From: Perna viridis
Taxonomy: Eukaryota
Assembly: GCA_037379345.1 (NCBI GenBank)
Contig: CM074520.1
Span: 37,358,664-37,422,663, forward strand
Length of the DNA stretch: 64,000 bases
Reading direction: 5' to 3'
The translations under genes and the position numbers were made by a program. How positions within the stretch are numbered: the stretch's first letter is position 1; every line of letters starts with the position of its first letter. Positions 41,409 to 55,550 of the stretch are shown here, one piece after another. The notes below the pieces were generated by a model, which had not been told where the DNA came from, did no database searches, and was given only the letters and a program-made list of their open reading frames with translations.

Positions 41409-44383
41409 CTTTCAATCACGCTCTCTATTTTGGTCATGAACATGTTGATAATTTTGGATTGCATTATAAGTCGGGTATGAACAAAATACCAAGTTTGTTT
41501 TTATTTAGAAATAAATATTTTGCCACTAAGTGAAAATGAAAAAAGGTGTAAGTCTCTGAAATTATGTTAAGAAAATGGTCCATAAGTGTGATTTAAATTT
41601 ACACTCAAATATTGCTTGTAACAAAATTAACAGAATCTCACAGTAATTCCTATAGTTAAAATGGCATATTAAAAAAAAAAAAAAAACAATCCGAGCACTT
41701 TGAAACCACAATAATCAAATATCTACAAAAGGAACAGAAATCTTTTATAGCAGTCTGCTACCAGAAATTTACACTCATCCAGATCAATCAACTTAAATGG
41801 GTAAGAATTAATTTTTATCTTTGAAAATATACAGTCGTTTTCAATGCATTCCTTTAAATTTTGTCCTGTGTGATGAGAAAGGTTGCATGCACTGACAAGT
41901 GTACTTACAAAAATGTATGTGTCTTTCTTTGCTGTTCCACTTGCTTTTCAAGAACCTAACCCGCCTTGAAAAAAATATCGTTTAAATCGAAGCATAGCTT
42001 TTCTAAGATTGGGTGGCAATCATATTTGGATTTTCTGTAAAACTGTCAGTTTGCGAATATGTCACAGGTTATGTGTGAACTATTCCCATCATCCATGGAG
42101 AACTGTTAACATTCCAGACTTTATACATACATAAATTTGTATTCTGAATTGGACTTGCTTAATCTTCAAAATGATATAGCCAGAGCTGCACGAACAGTAA
42201 AAAGTGAAGGTTCAAAAATGTTGAATCTCTTGGTGCTCACTTCAATAGGGAATGTTTATGCCAACACCATATTGGTCAAAGCAAGGAATAAACTAAACAT
42301 GGGTCAAGTAGCACATTGCTTGTACGAAATTGTTGGCTCCACACTATTTACCAAAATTTTTCATTTGGGTCAATTCAAAAACTTCATCGTTTGCAATTTG
42401 ATCCCTAGACCGAATATGTAACACACAGTTAATTTAAAATAAAAAATTTCAACACTTGTGGAATAGATACATGTTTACCAACATCCACCCAAATTGTAGT
42501 GTACATGAATACTAACATGTACAGTACAAGTAGGTCATTAATCAGAAATAGAAACACCTAGTATGTTCTGGTTTAGATAAGAATATTACCAGAGATTACT
42601 TGGAATGAAATGTCAGCATCAATTAACATCAACTTCCTCATAAGTTATTTTATTTCTCTTCTTTGGCTTGAAATTAAATTTCTCTGGCACTGACAAGACT
42701 GCATTTAGCAAACAATTGCAATATAAATTTTATTTACAAACGTTCAAACAATTTAGTAAATTCAAACATTAATTGATGAATTCAAGACTGAAAGATTAAG
42801 AAAGTAACATAATGCTGGTTTTCAAATTAAACATTCTGACAGCAAGACCATGACAAAACAAAAGTAAACCCAGGACGACTAAGAAACCAGACAAAAATTC
42901 TACTATATAAACATCATATTGTGTGTACAAAATTTGGCCAAAATCAAGGGATGTTGATTCTAGAGTGTTCAAAATGGTACTGCTGACACAGGGGAAAGAT
43001 ATATCTTTATGATCAAGGTAAATGCTTTATGAGGTTTTGGCTCAAGCTTAACACATGACAGCTCCTGTTTTACTAACAATTTATCAACACAATCCACTGA
43101 ACTTAATTCCACAAGGAAAAAAAAACACAGATCTTTAATAACTTGGTATTTTTAAGTACAACCAATCAGTACAAATCTATCCTACTCTTTTTAATGACTA
43201 TCAACTCCAGGAAATATGTACTAAATCTACCTCCCACTACTTCAAAAGAAACTGCCACCTAAACAAACCCCTACTGTTTTCATTTTTAACAACAAATTCA
43301 ATAACAAGAACAAGCAATGATAAAATGATAAAGATATGAAATTTACATATTTATCAGCAAGCACCTTTATTTCAGTTAAGTACACCTGTATAGGCACTAC
43401 AACAGGTAACTGTCAATATCAATTTACTTGACAACAGAAAAACTTACATGTATGATCATTGATTAGGGAAATAATCTTGGCTTATCTAAAGCTAAAGTGT
43501 CTTAACCACTTAAGATTTCCATGAGGAGAATAAAGAAAAATGCCAGAACACTTTGTGAGACTCTTCCAGGTACAGGGTAGAATACCTCCATGTTAAAAAT
43601 TGCTACAGAACATAAGAGGAAAAATTCTTGAAGGGTAGAACTGTTCAAAATTCAAGGAATTTTGGAACAAATTTAAAAGAAAAGTTTATCTGTCAGTATT
43701 TCCTTCTAGGCCTTCACAAAAAAACTATCCTCACTGTTATCAGTGTTTTCTCCACAACTTTGGTTCAGATGTAAACGTCCTTTAATCATTAACATGAATT
43801 CAGGAATCAAGCATTTTAGAGGGAGGACATTTGTTTTTTTTTTCCAAAACAGCTCTGGAGAAAACACTGCTTTATTCACAAGTGAATTCCAAATTAGTAC
43901 AATTAACAGTTTGGTGTGTATTTAAAACCTGTAGTAATATTACAAAAATGTGCACATAGCCTACATTTAAATTCAGAACAAAATGTTTAAAGGTTTTTAA
44001 AGGGATTTAACTTCTGAGTATTTATTTTTTTCTCTATTTCATTTTCAGAAATTCATTTGAAGACAGAAAAACATTTGAGTTAAAAATGGTTATGTGTTTC
44101 CATGTCATGTGACATCACGCAAAGAGTGAACCAAACAAAAATGCTTCCATTTACAGACTCAAAACAGGAACAAGTTAAAAATCAGGCCATAAAAAATAAT
44201 CATGTGTTGTTATTACCAGAGAATCATTGAGCTATAACATTTACAACTATATATTGATGTATTTATCCCATAAAGTTGGATATAAATATAAGTTCATTTT
44301 GTCAAAGTATCTAAGATTTGGTGTTGCTATGGTTCACTACAACAAATGATTTCATAGTACATGTACAATGTATGAACACTTAC

Positions 44384-44428
44384 CTTGAAAATTTCATCAA
44401 CACTTTGTGGTTCTTTCTGACCATCATT
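44384..44428 (-). CDS. AFF4: AFF4/lilli exon 4, NDGQKEPQSVDEIFK
   Basis: 45 nt, ttgcag| to |gtaagt, phase 0 to 0. VDEIFK|EMT matches the conserved VDEILKEMT motif. Confidence 0.9.
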
Positions 44429-45097
44429 CTGCAATAAATGAAACATTTAAAGTAAAATCCAGTATACAAAAATAGATCTATTTTGGTTCACATTTTCTAA
44501 CCTGAAAGGAATACACAAACATTTTGAGCATCTTGTACTTGTAGCCCATAGGGGTCTCAAAAGCAAATACTCAATCAATATCATTGATGTCAAATTGACA
44601 TCTTCTAAAGACATTATAAAAACTACATAGATTATGGAAATTTTTATGTTTTACAGAATAGGTCAAATCATGGATAGTAAGGATATGTTCTGGAACACAG
44701 CATTATAACATGACATCAAGATGATTTTCACATGTCTAGGATATGTTTACATGCCTAATCAAGAACAATATAACTCATTATCTGTTCTTTTTTGCAGGAA
44801 TAAGCAGGGATTGATTTTGAAGTCATCATGTCATCAAGAACTACACATGTACTTGTTTTTATTCATTAATAAAGCAATTAACCCTTTATAAATGTGACAT
44901 ACAATAATAAAAATGTACTAGGATTTTTCAAAACTTAAGGTTTCCTCAAGAAAACTTTAAATAAAGATTATCTTTCCCACACTTGAAGTTAGCTTTCCAA
45001 ACTTAACAAATCCTTTAAAAAATTCAAGCGTTCTACTTGCATAATAATCAACTTTGCCCATGCCCCAGGTGATGGGAAAGTGGAATCCCGGAACACT

Positions 45098-45253
45098 CAT
45101 AGATAAAAATTAGCAGTCGCCCAGTAGCCCATGGCAACTACATTTTGAGCTGGGCCACCTAACTTTTGGGAAAAATTTAGTTGAAAATATAGAAAATATT
45201 AAACGAAAATACGGCCTGGGCTACCAATTTGTATTCCCTAATTTTTATCGCTG
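45098..45253. mobile_element. CAG-ended MITE; relatives at about 32405-32538 and 46200-46315
   Basis: TIR catagataaaaattag/ctaatttttatcgctg; shared core ttttgagctgggc...tttagttgaa...gggctacca. Confidence 0.65.
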
Positions 45254-47724
45254 ACATTGCACTTGAAGTCCTTGAAAAAAAAAATATTAGTCCTTCAGTG
45301 TACATGTATGACCCTTTCAATACAAACACAAGAACATTTTGAACTTCTAAAATAATTTGGAAAGTTTTTATCATATATTTAGTAGAAAAATTAAGATAAT
45401 TAACAATAGTTAATGAAAATCATTAATTATGAACTTCTGAATTGTAATGAAGATTACTATGTACCATTAACATAATTATATTACCTGTTTCATAGACTAT
45501 GCCAGTATATCAATCTACTTAGTATACATTTTTTTCTGTTATGTTTGTAACTATATGATAAATATAATTGTATAAGTGTCATATATGCAAAACGGCCAAA
45601 CATATTTAATTTGCAGAAAACTATCAAAGCCACTGAATTTAAACTGAATATAAATAACTAATACTGCTTATAAAAAATTACAAGTACATGTGTATTAAAA
45701 AAAAATAATAATAAAATGAAGTCATACAACTGAACATTTGAAACTGTAAGACAGACTTATCTTCACCTAAAATGACAGTATGACTGACACTAACCCTACA
45801 AAGCTCTATTTTGGCATGAGGAACACACGAATTACAAATTACGTGGGAAGTAAATCACATGTTTATACCCATCAACCACGACAATCAAAAAGGGAGATCT
45901 GTAACGACATAGTGATCGGCACCTACAACCACCGCTGGGGTTACAACTATTATTATAGCCATGTCCATTTAAATACATCCACCATATGTCAATATTCAGG
46001 TACATTTGTACAAGCTAAAATATTACCTAAATGTAATCTCTGTCACAATAAGCCATTAACATTGATTCACACACAATGTGTGATTTATAAACCAGCTAAT
46101 CAGAAGATTGATGTCTTTAAAATCTCAGTTCATTGGAATGGAAAAAGAAAAGTCTTTAGGCCAATGATTTGCAGATATTGGAGGAAAACTAAAAAAAGCT
46201 GAGATTTTGAGCTGGGCTATCAAACTTTCAGAAAAAATTTAGTTGAACATAGAGAAAATATTATACAAAAATATGGTCAGGGCTACCAGCTCGAGTTTAC
46301 TAATTTTTACCCCTGAACTAATACAGGGATTTACATGTACATGTACATATAACTCAGCCATTAAACCAGATTAGTCAATGAACTTGGGTAGCAGACCCTA
46401 TAGTTAATGGAATACGGAGTTCAGAATCGGCCAGTTACCTTATAAAAAGTGTCCACACTAAGTTTAAAAATTTCCTGTGCATAAGATTCCATGGTATATT
46501 TGATCTGAGATTAACGACCAGGTGAATCTAGTTAATTCAGGTCTACTAGTTCAAAAATGTAATCCTTTCGTCAGATAACACAATAGATAAGTCAATATTT
46601 TTAATCCTTAAAGAGATTTCAACTAAATATACCAATAACTGTAATGGTATTTAAACATTTGGTAAAGAATTTTAAGACAAAGACCCAGGGTTTCTTACAG
46701 GAGACAAGTACCACAATGAATAAAGGTAGAGCTGTCAATTTCAAATTCACAAAATCAAGAACAAAGGGAAGAGCAAAATTAGTTAGTACTCTGAGAGGCC
46801 AGGGACTGAAAACTTTTTAATTGGCAGATGTCACATGCATGCAGGTGGTGTATGGTGCAATTTTCAAAACATTCCAACACACTGTAAAATCATAGATCTA
46901 AGTGTCATATGATGTAGAATCTCCCAAAATAATAAAAGCATTTTCATTTTCAAATCCATAGAGAAATGTAGTATAAGTATTTGGTTTAGATTTAGTCTTC
47001 CATGTAAAATCAATTGCCATGGATTTGATCATCTGATAACTTACAAAATACATGTATTAAATCCGTATGTACATTTGTGTATTCTACAGATTTACTACAT
47101 GTATTTTATAAGAGGTCAACCTTTTCAATGATACTTGGAGATCTGATCATTGTAAGGCTTAATATACTTAGAACAGCAAATTCAAACATACATGTACTTT
47201 ATGAAATAAAGCAAACTAAGCATTCAAGTACCTGTTAAATTTCATCAACATATCTTTTTTCAACTTGTCAATGAAAATCAATATACATTTAGTAATATAT
47301 CTTAAATTATACTTTTGAATGTCATCAAAGATCACCTAATGGTGAATGAATACACCATTAACTTTACTGACAGAAAATCTTAACACTGAATGAACACATC
47401 ACTAACAAATACCTTTGCCATAGATAAGTAATGACCTTCTTCTACATGAAATAGGGGGATGTTTCAAGCATGATAAATGACATTTATTTCTTTTGTTAAT
47501 TAAGCACTTACAGTATAAGATTGTGCTTTTTGTATCCAAGCCAAAATGTTTGATTCTCAGATGAGTGTTAGAACTGCAACTAAACTTGTAACAATCACAA
47601 GCAATATAAGATATTCATTCATTAGCTCAAATGCACTAAAAGAGTCCCCAATACACATGTACAAGATATGTATCAGACCTAATGATTTATTGATTTTGAG
47701 TCCTGAGCAACTCTGCAGGTGTTT

Positions 47725-47940
47725 CTAGGAAGCAGAGGACCCTTACCCTACCAGTGCACCTGGTCCATGCTCCAAGTTTTTAGTAGAGTACGAGTTGCTC
47801 ATTTGCTTTTGCTACTTTGACCGTTTTATTTTAGTTATGTTATGTTCTTTGTTGTGTATGTCTGTTTTCCATGTCTGATCTTTGTCCCTGGATTTACATT
47901 CTTTTGATTACCACTAGAACCTTGATTCCCTTGACTACTC
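47725..47940 (-). mobile_element. Dispersed ~210-bp repeat of uncertain class; opposite-orientation copies at ~34137-34326, ~59800-60150 and ~61150-61330, fragment at ~20245-20290
   Basis: Shared core atggaccaggtgcac.gg.agggtaag and end agagta(g/a)tcaaggga.ccaagg. Confidence 0.75.
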
Positions 47941-48519
47941 TTTTTCAAGAGTCAAAAGGCAACAACTTGCCTACATGGCAATTAACACATAAGGTATATC
48001 ATCTGTACACATACTTTTCATTTAAAAGAATTTCATAATGGAAGTTAAATCCCTCAAATGTAATTCATGTGCATGCATTGACAGAACTTTCAATTGACAG
48101 CAGTAAGTCAAGGAATCCCCATACCATTCTAGTCAGTAAAACTAGAAAAAGTAAATTCTGGTTATCATAGATACTCCTGCATTCCACATTCATAAAGGTA
48201 AATAAAACTTCACCAGTTACAGATCACACAAAGTAAGTTAGTACCCATGATGGATGGACAGAGCTGAGTGGCCCCTAAACCCAATTTCAACATCAGTGAT
48301 GCTGGTAAAAGGATCATAAGGCCAGAGAAAAAAATATTATCAGTTTAAGGTTACTCTACCAACCCAAGACAGGTCTAGTACATCTAATAATTTTTTTTTT
48401 TTTTTAAATGCCCCTGAATTATCATTTTTTTCAGTAGAGCATTATTTAAGTCAGGATATCCTCCCATAAGTGTCTATATAAATAATTTTATCTACCTACT
48501 AAACCTATTTAATGACTAA

Positions 48520-49130
48520 TGCAACCTTCCTGGCTTTACTCCTGACTTACATTTTATGGTCAGGAGAATTATCTCGTCAATGAAGGATATAAAAAACGAC
48601 CTTAGATCCAATGTAACCTTATACAAACATATTTTTTTCTTGGCCTTACTCCTGAATAGTTAATGTACACTTCAACCAGCCTTACACCTTATGGTCAGAA
48701 GCATTAACTTGCAAAGCAGGCGTTTAAAAAATGAACTTAGATTCAATGTAACCTTAAACATATTTTTTTTCTTGGCCTTACTACTGAATGGTTCATGTAG
48801 TATACATCAACTTGACTTAAATTTCATGGTCAGAAGCATTATCTTGTCAAGAAAGAGTAAATAACGGCCTAAGATCCAATGTAACCTTAAACATTTTTTT
48901 TCTTGGCCTAACTCCTGAATCTTAAATGTAGTGCACATCAATTTAACTCATATATTATAGTCAGATGTATTATTTTGCCATGCAGAGGTATAAATAATGC
49001 CCTTAGATCCAATGTAGCCTTAAACAGGCGTATGTTTTTCTTGGCCTTACTCCTGAATGGTAGTACACATCAATATGACTTATATTTTATGGTCAGAAGT
49101 ATTATCTAGCCAAGCAGGGGTATAAAAAAA
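48520..49130. repeat. ~133-bp diverged tandem repeat, about 4.5 copies
   Basis: ccttagatccaatgtaacctta...ttcttggccttactcctgaat...atggtcagaagcattat near 48600, 48735, 48867 and 49000. Confidence 0.88.
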
Positions 49131-50861
49131 CTTATGGTATCTCTAAACATTGCAAATATAACTTTTGCCAAAACCTAGTGTACATCCCATTACATGTCAC
49201 CTACATTTTAGCCACTATTGTGAACTATGCTCTCTACAAGGCAAAAGGAGACCAAAATATGTCTTAACTGTACAACTAAATCTTTGGCGAAATGCCAACT
49301 TTCAAATTAAATAATTTACTACAACACTTAAACAGTTACATCAGTGTACAAAATTGATTTTTGAGCAAGCATAGAAACTATTTTAAAATAGTAAAATGAC
49401 CAAACAGTAGATTTATAAGAATTTGTTTTTAAAATCTTAGAATTTAGTGGATCATTAAAAAAAAAGATGACAAGTGAAAGTCTTCTGCATGACATTAATT
49501 CCACCCATCTATAATGTTCTGTGTGTACACATATTTTTAACTTAAGTTCAGTTTTGTTATATGCATATCCATTCTAAGCTTGTCCAATGTGTGTACTTCA
49601 CTGACTATCGGTAATCATAATTCAAAACAGTTGCAATATAAACAAGGTCATACATGTACACCAAGTATTATCTCACTATCACCTTGAATATCTTTGCCAA
49701 TTGTTTTCACTCAATATGTACTGGTGTGATACACTGACTATCATCCAACATTATTACTTGCACAATTTTAAAATTTACTTTACATTTACATTTGCAGTTG
49801 ATAACTTGAAGTTTACTTAACTGAGTACATGTAAACTGGAATTTAAATCTGATCCGTTTTACAATTAAATTCAGGGTGTATTTTGCATAAACATGTGAAG
49901 GATAAAAAGTTTTAATGTATGCTGACTCAGTCTTCATGTTTAAGTAGTAGTCCGAGGCCCAAGGCTCATCAAAATGGAGTTGGGCCTGTAAAATTTACTA
50001 TTACAGGCCAACAGTCACTATATAAAAATTTCTGAAAAAAGTATTTCAGGCCTATGAACTGGGAAGTTAGTTGGGAAAAGACTCTCTCAACAATCTTTTA
50101 ACCATCTTTCACAGAACAGATCTACATATTTTCAAATGAAAATGGGCATTCTAAATGTTCTTCTTGAATTGTACAATAAACTAATATCAAAGTATACAAG
50201 TTGAAGATCTATAGCTCAATTGCAAATATAGTCGTATGCTGTATCTACTGTAACATGATAAAATCAAAACCAGCTGGAAAAAAATTGCAAAATTTGGTAG
50301 AACAACAAATTGTCTGATTCAATTAAAGAGTTTAACTGAGAATGACACTGAAGCATACAGTAAAATTTCATATGAAATGGTACAAGTGTACAGATACATG
50401 TATTTTTGTAACATTAAACTTATATGGAAAGTGATTAATCTGAAATGTTTACAAATACGTAGAAAATAATGAGAAAATATTTGATTTCCAATTATCAGTC
50501 TTCCATGTTGTGTTGTTCAACAACAAAAAAGGCTGGCTCTGTAATATTGAGTGTTCCTATCCATAATTAATCCATCAATCAATAGCCATCAAGAAGAAGA
50601 GCCATTGTAACCAATCCCTTCTTAACACTCAACCACATGGTTTCTACTAGTACTCAAATTAGATATTTAAGGTATTCCGCCCACGATGTAAGTTTTGAAT
50701 CTTTTTTAATTTTTAAACAACAATATCACTTAGAAACAATAGTTACCATATTTAGTACGATCAGTGAGCATGAATGCAATAAGTTTCTCTAATATTCTGA
50801 ATTGCACTGTGGGGAATGTGAACTTGTGATTACAGAGGAACAGTCAAATGTTCTCATACAA

Positions 50862-51102
50862 TACACAGGCAGATATTTTTCACATGAAATTGACGTTAAT
50901 CGAGCTTCACATGAAATTCACTTAAACTTCACATGAAATTAAGGTGATTCTCATGTGAAATTCACTTAACATGAATTACATGCAAACAAATCATGTGAAT
51001 TTCACATGAAGGCTTGATTCACACAAATTTCATGTGAACTCTATCACAAAGTTTATTTGCTCAGTTCGGGTGAAAATCATGTGAAATAATTTTGCCTCTG
51101 TA
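50862..51102. mobile_element. MITE with multiple TTCACATGAA/TTCATGTGAA subterminal repeats
   Basis: TIR tacacaggca.../...ttttgcctctgta, with about 8 CACATG/CATGTG motifs inside. Confidence 0.7.
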
Positions 51103-51501
51103 TAAATGGCATTAGATGCAGAAGGGAACCATTTTTCAATTTTAATATTTTGTACTGTAAGACTGTAAGGTCTAATGGGCAACTGCAAAAAAACTTAAAA
51201 ACAAACAAATCTTAACAATATCAAACAACTTAAATTAAAGGAAAGTACAAATAGTTTAATGGATTGTTACTATTTCTGTAAAGAGTAAAGACCAATCAAA
51301 ATATGGGAAAATTGTCAAGATAGATCATCAGTCATGATCAAAAAAGTAAAAATGTACATATGAAGTTTATGAAAGAAGCTTTGGTGTTAAAGGTGGCTCA
51401 AATGTGAAATTATTTTTTTTCTTCAAATTAATGTAAGTTTTGTTCAACAACTAAATAAAGATCAGTTTCTTTTTGATTCAGTCTAATAGGAAATTGAAGG
51501 G

Positions 51502-52020
51502 TTTGTTTGTTTGTTTGTTGGGGTTTAACGTCCGAGCAGCAATATTTCAGCTATATTCAGACGATGAACATGAAACTGATGATAAAATGAACATGAAATG
51601 ATGATGAAATGAAAAAAAGGATGGGACACAAGGACAAAGGGGGTCAACAAATTTTGATTGCCACTGGAAATAGGGAGAGGTGGGTAGGGTCGTGCAATTT
51701 AGCCTCCTGCGGCGGAGCCCTATGGCTCCTACTCCGTGAGAATACCACAGTAGGGTTCTTTAACATGCGAGGAACATGGCATCTTTCCTAACACGGTGCA
51801 CCACTATGGTTTGCAGTCAGGTTTTCCGTTAGCCTGACAACCCCAGCATCTAACACGCCAGGGGTACCCCATTCCACCACCTGGGGCACACATCCCAGTT
51901 CCTCTGTAGGCAGAGCGCCCTATCCCCCGACAAGGGTTCTGAGCACTATTTAGTCGCCTTTTATGACAAGCTTAGCGCTGCTGCAGGCCTATTCTTTTAA
52001 CACCCAGACCTGCACAGGGC
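51502..52020 (-). mobile_element. ~520-bp SINE-like retroposon, copy B (inverted relative to A)
   Basis: Perfect 12-bp TSD gaaattgaaggg at 51490-51501 and 52021-52032, with a (TTTG)n tail. Confidence 0.92.
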
Positions 52021-52835
52021 GAAATTGAAGGGAGTTACAAGACTGAGGAGTAACACTTCATGACAGAAGAACAAACATCAATTATCAAAATATCCATGGG
52101 CTTTAAAAAAAAAAAATTGTTTCTAACTTACAGAAAACCTACATGTAAAATGTGTCTAAATACATTTTGATCTTGATAACCAGCCTCTTTTTTACCAGTC
52201 TCAATTACATAAAAAAAATGAACAATATTGAGAAAAAAAATCTAAACTTTAATCAAATATAATTTGCATATCATAATATCAATGGGCAATTTTTTTTACA
52301 GAAAACTTATAAATCATATCCTGTCTTAATATGCAAAAGACCTGTCTAATTGTCCCTCCAATTCCTGAAGATCATGGTCTTGTGAATTTCTAAGCTAAAT
52401 AATTAAGAAACCAGACTCAATGACTCAATAATATGAACAAGAAGAGATCATATCAAGAAAAAAATTATAAGACTGATCCCACATAATAGAGAAGTCCAGA
52501 CAGATAGGTTATTCACCATGTAAAATTCAAACATCCCAATCAAATGTACTCTTAACATGACTAATAACTACATTGAATCTACATAGTAAATATGACCATC
52601 ACTACAACATCCTGCAAAATAACCATGTCCTTATCAGTGTTTTCATAATTGATTTTTAAAGCACATTCATTGAAAACATGTGTTTATCTAAAAGTACAAT
52701 GTACATGTAACTTACTGAATAACTAAAGAGCTGCTTGCATTTGACCCGTCCAGAAAGAAGCCCTGAGAGTACTTTCCACTTTTTCACAGATGTTCAAACT
52801 ATTATTTTGTAACTAATAAGTTATAAAGTTCTCAC

Positions 52836-53441
52836 CTGTCCACTTGGTATTCTAAGTTTCTCCAGATTTTTCCTCGGTGGTCGGTTGATTCCATTTGGCG
52901 GAGTAAACTGCTTGGAATTTCCAAGAGGCAATGGTTTCTCTGGTGATGGCTTTGGGCTCGGTTCCTTCTTAACTTGACTAGAATCATGAATCACAGACGA
53001 ACTAACAGGTGACTTAGAGTTACTAGTCAATGTTTTAGTTTTAGAAGTAGCACTAAAATCTCTTTCCCCTTTGTCTTTCTTGATTTGAACATTATTCAAA
53101 GTTGCACTTTTTGACAATTCAGAATATGACAACTTACTTTTTGGAAGTTTTGAGAAAGAATTAGATGTGCTATAGCTGGTATTGGGTTCTGGCATAGAAG
53201 GTTTTGATGAGGGAGGTTTTCCATGAAGATTTGGCATTGATGAATTAGGTCTCATGCCATTTTTTGGATGGCCTGGTTTTTTGTGAGATGTGAAGATATC
53301 ATCCTTTGGGCGGTGACTAGGAAGAGGCGTTTGAGGCTGACTTATCACACCTAATAACTCATGTGTGCTTGTGTCACGTGTGTTGAATATTTCAGAATGG
53401 TGTCCTAATACCTGCTCAATTCTGTCATCTTGTTCTGTTGT
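52836..53441 (-). CDS. AFF4: AFF4/lilli exon 3, TTEQDDRIEQVLGHHSE...KNLEKLRIPSGQ
   Basis: 606-nt open exon, ttttag| to |gtgaga, phase 0 to 0. RIEQVLG resembles the cyclin T/P-TEFb-binding segment RIQSMLG, and LEKLRIPS resembles LTKLKIPS. Overlaps track ORF 52821..53348. Confidence 0.92.
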
Positions 53442-55550
53442 CTAAAAATAAAATCAATCAAAAAATTATTTTTTTTTGCATTATATACGTCAAGTGTTAA
53501 GTCTTGGGACCATTTGACAAATAAAAATTATTCCTTGAAATAATACAAAATAATAAATGTAAATGTAACCTTACACTATATTTTCTTTAAATAAATGTTG
53601 TATTAGATTGTAGTTTAAATGTTAAATGGGAATATTTCATTTATTTTAGGATGACGATATTATAAACCAATCAAAGGTGATAATAGACCTTTCTTATACT
53701 TCCTCTTTTGGAAATGTAGATACTTTCCTTATGGAGTGTAAATGAAAACCTTAAGTTGATTCATAAAAACTTTTGGCACTTCACACAGAGGTACTTCAAA
53801 CTTAATTAATTTTTTGTGTAAAAATAGAAACTTGGACTTTACTTTACCAACTCCTCAAATCCCCTCATCAGTTCATGAAAAAATAAGCTTGTAGGATATG
53901 TCATACAATAAGCACACATACATGATGTACATGTAAGTAATTGACGGGCCCTTAAGGCTCCTTGTTCTAAATTTATGTAAATTCCTGTAAAATTAATTGA
54001 TCCAATAAAAATGATTTTTTTAGTGTGGCCTATTTACTATTGTTTACAACATCCATCTCCTACAGTGTACTGTATCCTTTCTCTTGTTCCACATCATTAG
54101 ACAAATGTAAGCTACCGTGAGGGTGGGTGGACACATATCATATGTCAAGGACCATGGTAATAATTGCTAAGGTTATGGATCAATTTTAATCAATAACACT
54201 TCTATCATGTCTATGTGTCTGTAAGGACAGTATTGATAGTGTGAAATAAACAGCTTGATTTCTCACCATTGAGTTTGCAAAACTAGCAAAATGTTTGAGA
54301 AAGACCTTTTAATGGATGTCAAATCAAGTGGGGTGATATCAGGACAGTGTAAATTTGCAACGTACCTTTGCTGGTGTACATCAGACTTGACTTCACTTGA
54401 TAAGAAACATCACAGGGGTAAATTAAATCAAAAGGTAAAAACAAAAACATAATAACTGTGGCTTTTAAGGATACCTCATGCATCCCAACCTGAGAAACCT
54501 TACATACAGGTAAAGCTTTGTTCAAGTGTCCTTAACAAATGATTGTAGAGAGAAGTCAATAATTGAAATTAATGTGTGTATTAGCTAATCTTAACATCAT
54601 CACCATATATTAATGTGAACATTACATAAATTATTTCCATTTGGTTAACATAAAAAGTCTTCAACAGACCTAAGATTTTCCTACATGTAGGATTAGAGAA
54701 TATATTCTAAGAATTTACTATGCAGGACATATTTTCCGACCTACCTTCCATTCATAACAGAACCAAAACATACATAAAATCAGTGAATTAAACTTAGGTG
54801 AAATTAGAAGACTGATATCAGATCAATGAAAAACAGTTTAACAAACCTTAAAACACAAACACCCTTTAACTCTGACACATGGAACTGATTAACAGCGAAT
54901 GAAATTTTCAAAAGCATTAGTGTAAAATACACAATACGTTAAACAATCAATTTTCTCAAGTGGCATTATTACATGAATAAGGAAACACTACAGTCTAGTT
55001 TATTGATTTATCAGAGCTAGTCTGCTGTAAATAACAGACTTATCATATGTCTGGACAAAAACATAACTACTTGGCCTCAAGGGGTTAATGTTCAGGAGCA
55101 GCATATCAAACAAAATAGTTCTATGAAGTTGAGGACCTAATTACATGTAAAAGAACTGTCATTTGGATTTTTTTTATCTTGTTAAAACATACAGACAAGT
55201 ACATATATGTGCATTATGAACTATCATACATGTATTTTTGCCAATGGTTTGATTTATTTATAACACTTTATTGGGTTCAAATAGCAGTTGCATTTACCAA
55301 CATTTGAACTAAGGTTTAAAAAAAATTTCTTAGCAGGTACACTGTACATGTATGTGTATCTACAATTTCCCATGTAGGAAATTAACCAGTCCTCTTTCCT
55401 AAAAGCCTAATTTTTGTGTGGCAAATCTTTTTGTGAAGTACAGAACACCCACATAACATAAATTTTAATATCATTTTTTATGCTTCCTACTTCCTTAAAA
55501 ATCATAGCAGAAGAAGCTAATGCAATTGTTCTATACAAGAAACCATTAAC

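Noticed and set aside
45780-46202. 140-aa plus-strand ORF, and similarly 42137-42421 and 34555-34962
   Set aside because: No recognisable motif or splice structure. These are probably chance ORFs or decayed TE sequence.
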